Positions 1 to 7,809 of a stretch of DNA of 64,000 nt are shown here, one piece after another. Both the position numbers and the translations under genes were made by a program. How positions within the stretch are numbered: the first letter of the stretch is position 1; every line of letters begins with the position of its first letter. Source of the stretch: Candidatus Nanoarchaeia archaeon (GTDB taxonomy: Archaea > Nanobdellota > Nanobdellia > Woesearchaeales > ARS49); assembly GCA_041489925.1 (NCBI GenBank), contig JBGPSD010000005.1, positions 1,581 through 65,580 on the forward strand, written 5' to 3'. Below the pieces are notes generated by a model, which worked only from the letters and a program-made list of their open reading frames with translations, was not told where the DNA came from and did not search any database.

Positions 1-393
1 TCCGCCCCTTTTTACAGTGATTTCAACTGTGAATTTGGTCCGATAAGGGCAGGTTTCAGCTACGCAAACGCCCCCTTTTGAAGTTTGCTTAAAATAATTC
101 TTTCCGCCATTTGCGCAGTCTTCGCTGGTTGGTTTGGGCTTTTCAGGAACAATCTTGGGCATTACAGAGGATATTTCCCTGACTGGTTTTGCGGCGGGTT
201 TCACAGGCGGCAAATCTGCTTTTGTTTCCTCATGAGGTCCTGCCACAACCATTTTTCGCGGCGCGCTTGGTTTTGTGTAAAGAAGGCACTTTAATTCATC
301 GCCCTTATGTGCGCAGTCATACGCGCCCATACACATGCCTGAAGGCTGGTCAAAATACTGCCGTTCACACCCGCTTTCGGTTGGAATCCCCAT
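1..393 (-). CDS. Cys-rich hypothetical protein (C-terminus runs off the left edge)
   Basis: Manual minus-strand translation from the ATG at 393-391 gives MGIPTESGCERQYFDQPSGMCMGAYDCAHKG... and stays open to position 1. It is absent from the ORF track because there is no stop in the window. It shares a Y(F)-x-P-x3-4-C motif with the next two genes. Confidence 0.4.
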   Translation of the reverse strand, partial: MGIPTESGCERQYFDQPSGMCMGAYDCAHKGDELKCLLYTKPSAPRKMVVAGPHEETKADLPPVKPAAKPVREISSVMPKIVPEKPKPTSEDCANGGKNYFKQTSKGGVCVAETCPYRTKFTVEITVKRGG

Positions 394-436
394 ATAGAAC
401 AATACTTCTCGGGCTTTTATAAATCTGCGTCAGAAA

Positions 437-664
437 TCAGACAGGCTTTGCATTAGTGTTCAGTTCGGGATTGTGCTTTTTGCAGGTGTAATATTTATAC
501 GCGCCATGTGCCGTTTCAACCCTGAATTCGCACGGATAACTGACACCACACGAGCGCTTTTCAGGATTGTAGAATATTCCGGTTTTCTTGCACAGCCCAA
601 CCCTGTCTATCCTTTTTGATTCGCTCAGCGCCCTGTCATCAATGCTGCCTTTTTCATCAGCCAT
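437..664 (-). CDS. small Cys-rich hypothetical protein
   Basis: Track ORF 437..679 trimmed to the ATG at 664 (MADEKGS...). A TTTATAAA box lies 22 nt upstream on the minus strand. Contains motif GIFYNPEKRSC. Confidence 0.45.
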   Translation of the reverse strand: MADEKGSIDDRALSESKRIDRVGLCKKTGIFYNPEKRSCGVSYPCEFRVETAHGAYKYYTCKKHNPELNTNAKPV

Positions 665-716
665 GCGCGAAATTAGCAATTTGTTGTTTATAAAACTTTG
701 TCAGAAACTGAGCATA

Positions 717-1229
717 TCAGACGTTGAATCTCTCGCAGTAAGCGTACTCTTTGCCGTTTTCAACCAGAGGCATCATCAGTTCCAGCTGCTGGTGGGGGCA
801 CGCGGCAGTTCCTGTTGCGAGGCAAACCCCCTTGTGATAAAGAACCCTTGTTTCAGGGCACGCCTCCAAGTTGTATCTGATGCATTTCGCAAACTGTCTG
901 CTCTTGAATTCAGGATTGCTGGACCTGCCAGTGAATCTCGCTTCAGTCTTGTATTTGCAGGACATTGAATCATCTGCAGTGCAGGCGCCTCCCAAAAGGA
1001 AAACCTTGCTTCCCAATGCGCACTGCTCAGGGGTTGGCTTGACTTGTGCAGCCTGCTCTGTTTTTCGTATCATCATTGTTTCGCCGCGTGGCCTTGGGCC
1101 GTGCTTCCTGCACTTGTTTCCTGCGTACTTGTGCGGGCATTTGGCATTAGTGTCGCAGACTTGGTTGTCAGGGTTGTAGAATACCTTGTCTGCCCAGCAA
1201 TTTTTGACTGCCTCTTCAATGCCTGCCAT
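717..1229 (-). CDS. Cys-rich hypothetical protein
   Basis: 170-aa ORF with motif KVFYNPDNQVC and many Cys. A TTTTATAAG box lies about 22 nt upstream of the ATG. Confidence 0.5.
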   Translation of the reverse strand: MAGIEEAVKNCWADKVFYNPDNQVCDTNAKCPHKYAGNKCRKHGPRPRGETMMIRKTEQAAQVKPTPEQCALGSKVFLLGGACTADDSMSCKYKTEARFTGRSSNPEFKSRQFAKCIRYNLEACPETRVLYHKGVCLATGTAACPHQQLELMMPLVENGKEYAYCERFNV

Positions 1230-1284
1230 ATGAACCGATACAAATATTCCGCTTATAAAACTTCGGCAAAATCAGAACTTGATA

Positions 1285-1342
1285 TGTCGGAAACACTTAC
1301 GGGTGTTTCCGAGCACGCTCAAGAACCCTGATGGTTCTTGAC
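1285..1342 (+). repeat. double-hairpin element, copy F1 (core GAGCACGCTCA)
   Basis: TGTCGGAAAC-acttacgggt-GTTTCCGAGCACGCTCAAGAACC-ctgat-GGTTCTTGAC. Two stem-loops flank a palindromic core. Related copies lie at 26269-26324 and 56896-56935. This copy overlaps the 3' end of the oxidoreductase gene. Confidence 0.7.
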
Positions 1343-2698
1343 GTTCCAGAAAGCCCTCTGCACAACTTCTGGCAGTGCAGGATGGACGTGGATTGCGTGC
1401 AAAATCCCATTAACGCCTAATTTCCCCTTCATTGCAACAACAACTTCGTGAATCAAAATTGAAGCATCAGAGCCAAGTATGTGGCAGCCAAGAATCGCTT
1501 TTGTTTTAGGATCAGCAAGAACCTTCACAAACCCGTCCTTGTCCTCAATTGACTTTCCATAGGCAGTGTCATAATGCCTGTATCTGCCCACAACATAAGG
1601 AATCTTTTTCTCCTTTAATTCCTCCTCTGTCATTCCAACACCTGCAATCTGGGGCGAGGAAAACACTGCGTGGGGCATTGCGTCATAAGGAACCCTGTGT
1701 TTTTGTTTTGGATTAAGCGCGTTTTCAACAGCAAAGGAAGCCTCAAGGTTGGCAGAGTGCTTGAACAAATACACCCCTGCAATGTCGCCAATAGCCCAAA
1801 TGCCAGGGACATTTGTCTCCATAAACTCATTTGTCGTTATGAAGCCAGGCTTGTAAGTTAGCACTCCTGTCTTTGCAACGTCAAGGATGTCAGTGTTTGG
1901 AATCCTGCCTGTGGCGACAAGCAATTGCTCGCCTGCAACAATGCGCTTTTGCTTTCCAACAGAGTATTCTACCGCGATGTTTTTGCCTTGCTTGAAGACC
2001 CTTTTTGTTGTTGCGTTAAGTATGACATTGTGCTTTTTCGCAAAAACCCTGGTAAATGCCTGCGCAATCTCAGAATCCTCTGCTGTGACAAGCCAGCCGC
2101 TCCTCTGCAAAACAGTCACTTTTGTGCCCATAGAGCCAAAGAAGTGAGCCAGTTCTGCAGCAATGTAGCCGCCCCCTATTATTACAAGGCTTGCGGGCTG
2201 TTTTGGCAGCCTGAGAGCCTCGTCAGAAGTTATGTAATTTACCTTGTCCAAACCAGGAATCTGCGGTATTGAAGGCCTTGTTCCTGCGCAGATGAATATT
2301 TTGTCAGCTGTAATTACATCCTTTCCAACTTTTAGCTTTTTCTTTCCGACAAATTTTGCAGTTGTTTTGTAGACAGTGACGTTTTTTGCTTCCCTGTTTC
2401 CCTGCTCTATTTCCTTTGCCTCTGTGTCAACAGTTTCTGAAACGCGCTTAATTATCGCTTTCCAGTCAATGCCCTCCACCTTTGCTTTTATTCCGAGCAG
2501 TTGCGCGCGGTTTATCTCGTCCATCACATCTGCACTGCGGATAAGCATCTTTGAAGGCACACAACCGCGGTTCAAACAAGTGCCGCCAAAAGCACCCTGC
2601 TCAACAACTGCCACCTTTAACCCGCGCTCAGCAGCATAAGCGGAAATAATCAGCCCAGAACCCGCGCCTATTACGATTGCATCAAACCTCTTTTCCAT
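1319..2698 (-). CDS. lpd: class I pyridine nucleotide-disulfide oxidoreductase (dihydrolipoyl dehydrogenase-like)
   Basis: N-terminal FAD motif GAGSGL, redox disulfide GGTCLNRGCVPSK, second Rossmann motif IIGGGYIAAE, C-terminal HVHPALPE dimerisation/active-site motif. Confidence 0.88.
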   Translation of the reverse strand: MEKRFDAIVIGAGSGLIISAYAAERGLKVAVVEQGAFGGTCLNRGCVPSKMLIRSADVMDEINRAQLLGIKAKVEGIDWKAIIKRVSETVDTEAKEIEQGNREAKNVTVYKTTAKFVGKKKLKVGKDVITADKIFICAGTRPSIPQIPGLDKVNYITSDEALRLPKQPASLVIIGGGYIAAELAHFFGSMGTKVTVLQRSGWLVTAEDSEIAQAFTRVFAKKHNVILNATTKRVFKQGKNIAVEYSVGKQKRIVAGEQLLVATGRIPNTDILDVAKTGVLTYKPGFITTNEFMETNVPGIWAIGDIAGVYLFKHSANLEASFAVENALNPKQKHRVPYDAMPHAVFSSPQIAGVGMTEEELKEKKIPYVVGRYRHYDTAYGKSIEDKDGFVKVLADPKTKAILGCHILGSDASILIHEVVVAMKGKLGVNGILHAIHVHPALPEVVQRAFWNVKNHQGS

Positions 2699-2963
2699 GC
2701 CCCTGTTGGGGCATATATTGTATATAAATGCTTTTAAACATCAAAACGATACATTTATATACTGGAGTATATAGGTTGTATACAGCAGAGACAAAAGGTA
2801 GCACGGCACAAGAAAACTGGTGCTGTGTTGGAAGACTTGTTCTTCCTGGTCTATCACTTGACAAGCAGGGCTTGTCGAGTTCTTCGCCAATCGAGATTGG
2901 CGAGATTTTGTCAATGGCAAACAAAAGGTAGAAACCGGGTAACTTGGTTTCGGAGCAGAAACA

Positions 2964-4145
2964 ATGAAATTTACAGAGATGAATTTGAAGCCTCACTTTA
3001 TAGAGGCATTAAGCAAACAAAATATTACAGAGCCAACAAATGTCCAGGAAAAGACAATCCCTGTCATGATGACAGGAAAGGACATTATAGTCCGTTCCAA
3101 GACAGGCTCTGGAAAGACAATAGCATTCTTATTGCCAATAATGGAGCATTTGCACCCTCACGGCTTGCAGGCACTGATCCTCGCGCCCACAAGGGAGCTC
3201 GCATTGCAGACAGAGAAGGAAATCAGGAAGCTTGACAAAAACGTCACGTCCGTAACGATTTACGGCGGAGTCAGCATAAACCCGCAGATGGAGAAGCTTG
3301 AGCAGGGCGTCCAGATTGTCGTCGGAACTCCAGGAAGGATTCTTGACCACATGGAGCGCGGCACGATTGACTTTTCAAAGATTCGCTGGGTTGTCCTTGA
3401 CGAGGCAGATAGAATGCTTGACATGGGATTCATAGAAGACGTTCACAGGATCCTGAGCGCGACCCCAAAGGACAGGCAGACAACAATGTTCTCGGCAACA
3501 ATGCCTGCGGAAATCGTGATGCTTACAGAGGACTGCATGAAGCCTGACGCGAAAAGGATTATGCTCGAGCAGGACGAAATCACAGTCAAGAAAATCAGGC
3601 AGGTGTGCTACGGGCTTGACCAGAAGGAAAAGCTTGACACGCTCGTGAAGGTTTTGAGAAAGCCTGACGTGAAGAAATCCATAATTTTCTGCAACACAAA
3701 GAGCTGGGCGGACTCGCTCGGCAGAATCCTCAGAAACAAGGGATTCTGTGTCGGAAGTTTGCACTCAGCACTGAGCCAGCAGCGCAGGAACGTTGTAATC
3801 CAGGATTTCAAGGAAGGCAGGTTCAATATCCTCGTCGCCACAGACGTTGCGGCAAGGGGACTGCACATTGACGACGTCTCGCACGTCATCAACTACGACC
3901 TTCCGAAAAACCCAAAGGACTACATCCACCGTATCGGAAGAACCGGACGCGCTGGAGAGGAAGGCGACGCTATCAGCTTCTGCACCCAAAAAGACGAGCC
4001 AATGCTGAAAAACATTGAGCGCGAAATTCAGATGACTCTGGATTTGCAGACGCTCACAGGCGGAAAGCTGCAGCGCGTTGAAAGGCCGCAGGTAACTATG
4101 GCATCATCTGCGTCTGACGGCGACTGGGGCAATCTGCTCGATTAA
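2964..4145 (+). CDS. DEAD-box ATP-dependent RNA helicase
   Basis: Motifs SKTGSGKT, PTRELA, VLDEADRM, SAT and HRIGRTGRAG. A T-rich tract follows the stop. Confidence 0.93.
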   Translation: MKFTEMNLKPHFIEALSKQNITEPTNVQEKTIPVMMTGKDIIVRSKTGSGKTIAFLLPIMEHLHPHGLQALILAPTRELALQTEKEIRKLDKNVTSVTIYGGVSINPQMEKLEQGVQIVVGTPGRILDHMERGTIDFSKIRWVVLDEADRMLDMGFIEDVHRILSATPKDRQTTMFSATMPAEIVMLTEDCMKPDAKRIMLEQDEITVKKIRQVCYGLDQKEKLDTLVKVLRKPDVKKSIIFCNTKSWADSLGRILRNKGFCVGSLHSALSQQRRNVVIQDFKEGRFNILVATDVAARGLHIDDVSHVINYDLPKNPKDYIHRIGRTGRAGEEGDAISFCTQKDEPMLKNIEREIQMTLDLQTLTGGKLQRVERPQVTMASSASDGDWGNLLD

Positions 4146-4164
4146 TTTTATTTTTTTCAAAATC

Positions 4165-4172
4165 TTTAAATA
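4165..4172 (+). promoter_or_regulatory. TATA-like box for tRNA-Val
   Basis: TTTAAATA lies 27 nt upstream of tRNA position 1. Confidence 0.5.
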
Positions 4173-4199
4173 CAGAGCAGAGGGAACGCTATCCTATTC

Positions 4200-4272
4200 G
4201 AGCCCGTAGTTTAGCGGTCATAACGCCTCGTTGACGTCGAGGAGGTCGCCAGTTCGAATCTGGCCGGGCTCA
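4200..4272 (+). tRNA. tRNA-Val (anticodon GAC)
   Basis: Hand-folded cloverleaf: acceptor GAGCCCG/CGGGCUC, anticodon stem CCUCG/CGAGG with loop UUGACGU, T arm GCCAG-UUCGAAU-CUGGC, discriminator A. 73 nt, no encoded CCA. Confidence 0.9.
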
Positions 4273-4339
4273 TGAGCATCAGCGAATGAGCACGGACAGG
4301 CTCGTCAATCGCAATTGACCGCTGTCTGGCCGGGCTCAT
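4259..4339 (+). repeat. structured insertion E1 with duplicated tRNA-Val 3' end
   Basis: 15-nt TCTGGCCGGGCTCAT occurs at 4259-4273 and 4325-4339. The 51 nt between are GAGCATCAGCGA + ATGAGCACGGACAG (antisense of the target, 12/14) + GCTC + GTCAAT-cgca-ATTGAC + CGCTG. Confidence 0.8.
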
Positions 4340-4408
4340 CAGGACTTTCTGAGGAATAAACGACTACAAATGGGGTGGCTCCGCCACAGAGACCAGCCAT
4401 AGACCAAG

Positions 4409-6763
4409 TTATATGAAATTAGCTGCGCTGCCTGGTTCTTGTGCTTCTTTGGTTTCGTCCAATACGTTTGATGAGCTGGCGATGCGCTCCAGTGCCTGCT
4501 TGTGCTGGGGGTGCTGAAGCCTTTCAAGCGCAACTTTCTCAATCTGCCTGACACGCTCCCTTGTCACCTTCATTATTTCCCCGATTTCCTCGAGAGTCCT
4601 GCGCTGGACAAACCTTTCCCGAATTACTTGCAGCTGTTTTGGCTTGAGAATTTGCTCAAGATATCCCCAGAGCTCCTGGTTGTTCAGCGCCTCGCCAGCG
4701 CTTTCCAGCCTGGGGTCAAGCCGCCCAAGAAAATCGCCGATTACAGAGTCATCGTCCTCTGAAATTGCGTTGTCAATGGATGAAAACCTTTTTGCCCAGC
4801 CTCTGAGCTTGCACATCTGCCAGGGCGTCATGCCCATTCTTTCCGCAATTTCATTTATTGACGGCTCCTGGTAGTTGGTCTGGATAAATTTATCAACTTC
4901 CTGGAGATACTTTCCTAGTAGCGCCCTTATGTGAATAGGCCTTCGCAACCCAAGCCCCTGCACTTCGTCAATATATCTGGTGACGCTTTGCTTTATCCAC
5001 CAGCTTGCGTATGTTGTCAGTTTTCCGAGTTCAGGGTCCCACTTGTCAACTGCAGTCATGGCGCCCAGGTTTGCGTGGCTTATCAGGTCAATCCAGCGGT
5101 CGGTGAAGCTGCCGTGCTTTCCCCTTGTCGCGTATTTCTTTGCCCAGAACGCGCTTAGCTTTGCAATCTGCAGGACAAGGGTGTCGCGCGATTCGCGGTA
5201 AATTGCGTAGCTCTTGATTGCCTCCCTGCGGCGGTCACGCGAACCAATATGCGGTTTGTCAGCGACGTATCTTGAGACAATAGGAATAAGGGTTCGCGGC
5301 CGGAACTTATTCATCCTGTAAATCTGCACAACCTCGTCCTCAAGCCGCTCGTACTCCTTCAGTAAACTCTCCCTGCTTTTGCCTGTTTTCTCTTTCAGCG
5401 CGTTCTCAAGATTCACAGCCCTTTGAGCGCGCAGTTCCAGCCTGGCTGTGACGCTTTTCCAGGCGCCCATCTTCGCGCTTGCCTTATACGCGTCGCACTC
5501 AAAAATGCTTGTTGACTGGCGCAAATCCCCTGACTCAATAAGCGAGAGAATCTCCTTTGCGACCGCAGCTGCGGCGTGGGGGTTCCTGAGCGTGAGATAC
5601 ATGAATTTTTCCCTGTGCTCATTCATCGTGTTGCAGATTTCCTTCTGCTTTTCCGCGCTCATTACCCTGGCATTTGCGACTTTCTTGAAATAATACGGGA
5701 TTGCATCCTCCACCCTGTTCTTTGGGGGGTCGAGGTTGATTCCCTTTTTGATAATATCAAATACGTGGTCCACATCTATTTCAGAAACCTTCACCCCTAC
5801 CTGCTCAAGCTGGTCCCTTACCTTTTCGATTTTCTCAAAGTCAGAATTGCCAACAACGCCGAGAACGGCTGTGTACGAAACAACCCCTGCAGCAACCCAC
5901 TTGCTCAGCAATCCGTGCGGGATTGATTTGGCAAGCTCCCTTTCAACAGCCCTCTTGACAATGTTGCCCTCTTTTGCAAACCTTTGCTCGTCAATGAGTT
6001 TCTTCAGGTCTGCAAATTTGTAAAAGACGCGGTTGTTGCGCGTTATTGTCGCAACCTGGTGATATTCTGCCGCGTGCTTTATCCTGTGATAATCAAGATA
6101 AGGTTTTGTAGCCCTCAATGCCTTCCTTATCGGCAGGTATTCCTCGCCAGGCTCTCTCTGTTCCTCGATAAAAGCGAGGTTTCGGTAGCGCTGGCTTACA
6201 AGCCCTGAGCGCCTGTTCTTTGGAAGCAGGGCTGTTTCCTTGAGGTCTGTTGATATTGCGGTGTAAACATCCTTCAACAGGCTTATTGGAATCCCGCCCT
6301 TGACCCTGAAATATTCAGGCATTGCAATGCAATTAATCCGGAGGAATGGCAGCGATGCAACCTGGCCATTGTTTTCAGGATATGACTTGAAGATTTTTTC
6401 CCTTGCCTGCTCAACATACGCCTGAAAGTCTGCGATAAGGACTGATTTTGATGAGCCAAGGCTGTTTCCATACTTGCTTTTGAAAAACTCCTGGACAGGC
6501 GCCGTATCCGTGATGTCAAACGCGTTAGCCAGCTCCTCAAGGCTCAACCGCTGAAAAAGCCCAACATCATCGACGTGAATCATGTCCCTGAAAGTCTGGC
6601 TTTCCACGCCAAGTGTCCTGTTCAGGTTCCTGTGCCTTGAGAATCCCTCGTAAATGTCAACAGCGTCAACGCAGGGGAAAACCTGCGGCACTTCCATCGC
6701 GCAAAGGTATTCCTTGTCATAATCCGCTGCGGTAACAGCACCGTAGAACTTACCTTTGGGCAT
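4409..6763 (-). CDS. sigma-70 family protein with a long N-terminal extension
   Basis: The C-terminal ~300 aa match bacterial RpoD motif by motif. Region 2: LISHANLGAMTAVDKWDPELGKLTTYASWWIKQSVTRYI. Region 3: SINEIAERMGMTPWQM. Region 4.2: RTLEEIGEIMKVTRERVRQIEKVALERLQHP. Region 1.2-like: EDAIPYYFKKV. Confidence 0.85.
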   Translation of the reverse strand: MPKGKFYGAVTAADYDKEYLCAMEVPQVFPCVDAVDIYEGFSRHRNLNRTLGVESQTFRDMIHVDDVGLFQRLSLEELANAFDITDTAPVQEFFKSKYGNSLGSSKSVLIADFQAYVEQAREKIFKSYPENNGQVASLPFLRINCIAMPEYFRVKGGIPISLLKDVYTAISTDLKETALLPKNRRSGLVSQRYRNLAFIEEQREPGEEYLPIRKALRATKPYLDYHRIKHAAEYHQVATITRNNRVFYKFADLKKLIDEQRFAKEGNIVKRAVERELAKSIPHGLLSKWVAAGVVSYTAVLGVVGNSDFEKIEKVRDQLEQVGVKVSEIDVDHVFDIIKKGINLDPPKNRVEDAIPYYFKKVANARVMSAEKQKEICNTMNEHREKFMYLTLRNPHAAAAVAKEILSLIESGDLRQSTSIFECDAYKASAKMGAWKSVTARLELRAQRAVNLENALKEKTGKSRESLLKEYERLEDEVVQIYRMNKFRPRTLIPIVSRYVADKPHIGSRDRRREAIKSYAIYRESRDTLVLQIAKLSAFWAKKYATRGKHGSFTDRWIDLISHANLGAMTAVDKWDPELGKLTTYASWWIKQSVTRYIDEVQGLGLRRPIHIRALLGKYLQEVDKFIQTNYQEPSINEIAERMGMTPWQMCKLRGWAKRFSSIDNAISEDDDSVIGDFLGRLDPRLESAGEALNNQELWGYLEQILKPKQLQVIRERFVQRRTLEEIGEIMKVTRERVRQIEKVALERLQHPQHKQALERIASSSNVLDETKEAQEPGSAANFI

Positions 6764-7682
6764 TACCAGTCACCATGCCGAGTGCGGCTTCAACATTTTC
6801 CAGAAGATACCCTGCAGTTTTCACGCCGCCCTGACTGCTCGTGACCACATTGCCAAGAGCCTTCTTGAACTTCTCATCCTGCAGGTAGGTGCGCATTTGC
6901 TCATATGACATTTTGCCCATCACCCTCACATCTTCGATAGTGAGGACTTTTCCGCTGACACTTGCGAGCCTTGGATGGATTGTGCTGTCCTTTTCCTGCC
7001 TCAAAAGCTCAACGAGTGCGTATGCCATACTGCCAGGATTTGCGACTTGCTGGCGTCTGCCTGTCTTTATGCTGTGTTTTGCAATGACATCCTTGTATTT
7101 TGCCCTGTATGACTGAACCCTTTCATTGTCAGGGACAAAGTTATAAACCTCAAACACAGCATTGCGGATAATCCTCGCAATGGTCATTTTCTTTTCAGAG
7201 GCGGCAGGAGTGCTCTCAACCCTTTGTTCAAGCCCTGCTGGCTTTTCAGCTCGTTCAATTCTCGGTGCAGGAGGTGAGTAATCTCTTGCAGGTTTTGGCT
7301 TCGCAATAGGCACTGGCGTTACTGCAGGCGCTGCTTCATAATGCATTTTTGGCTTTGCAACCGGCGCTGGTGTTACTGCAAGAACTGGCGTGTGATACTG
7401 CGTTTCAGGCTCTGGCTTTTTTACAGCGGGCTTTGCAGTGTAATGCATTTTTGGCTTGAAAACATAATGCCTTGCAGTTTTGCCTGCATACAGCGCAAGA
7501 GCCTTCCTGATGAAATCATCATCATTCAAAGGCGATGCAAGAATGGCAGCTGCAAGCAACTGCTTTGCAACATTCCTTCTCAGCCTTTTATCCTTGCTGT
7601 TAGCTATGCTGACAAGCCCCATCTCAAGAATACGCTCAAGGGAAATTTCAACCCGCCTTTCAAGTTTCTGCAAACCAGTCAT
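6750..7682 (-). CDS. hypothetical protein, co-operonic with the sigma-like gene
   Basis: Track ORF 6750..7916 trimmed to Met79 (MTGLQKLERR...), because the upstream part runs through the divergent promoter and the start of the 7810 gene. Its stop overlaps the sigma gene start by 14 nt. Internal repeat KPKMHY-x-A-x-PAV occurs twice. Confidence 0.5.
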   Translation of the reverse strand: MTGLQKLERRVEISLERILEMGLVSIANSKDKRLRRNVAKQLLAAAILASPLNDDDFIRKALALYAGKTARHYVFKPKMHYTAKPAVKKPEPETQYHTPVLAVTPAPVAKPKMHYEAAPAVTPVPIAKPKPARDYSPPAPRIERAEKPAGLEQRVESTPAASEKKMTIARIIRNAVFEVYNFVPDNERVQSYRAKYKDVIAKHSIKTGRRQQVANPGSMAYALVELLRQEKDSTIHPRLASVSGKVLTIEDVRVMGKMSYEQMRTYLQDEKFKKALGNVVTSSQGGVKTAGYLLENVEAALGMVTGNAQR

Positions 7683-7809
7683 CCACCCACCGTAAACAAG
7701 GTTAAATTCGCTCTTTATAAAGTTTTTACTTCTAGGGAATATGCTTCGAATATCGCAGCCCGCATTCTTAAAGCAACATTTATAAACCCTGTCGCGAACT
7801 AAGACGACG

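Noticed and set aside
1284-1331. 15-codon mini-ORF MSETLTGVSEHAQEP with a TATA-like box 24 nt upstream.
   Set aside because: The TATA box is palindromic and is already accounted for by the divergent 717..1229 gene. The ORF is simply the open frame of repeat element F1, and there is no independent evidence of translation.
4259-4339. Interpretation of the E-type insertions as bulge-helix-bulge introns (non-canonical tRNA introns or cbf5-like mRNA introns).
   Set aside because: I could not draw a canonical 3-nt bulge / 4-bp helix / 3-nt bulge at any junction. In addition, the duplicated segments extend 1-10 nt beyond the tRNA 3' ends, which an intron model does not require. Not excluded for the in-frame copies E2 and E3; only RNA data can decide.
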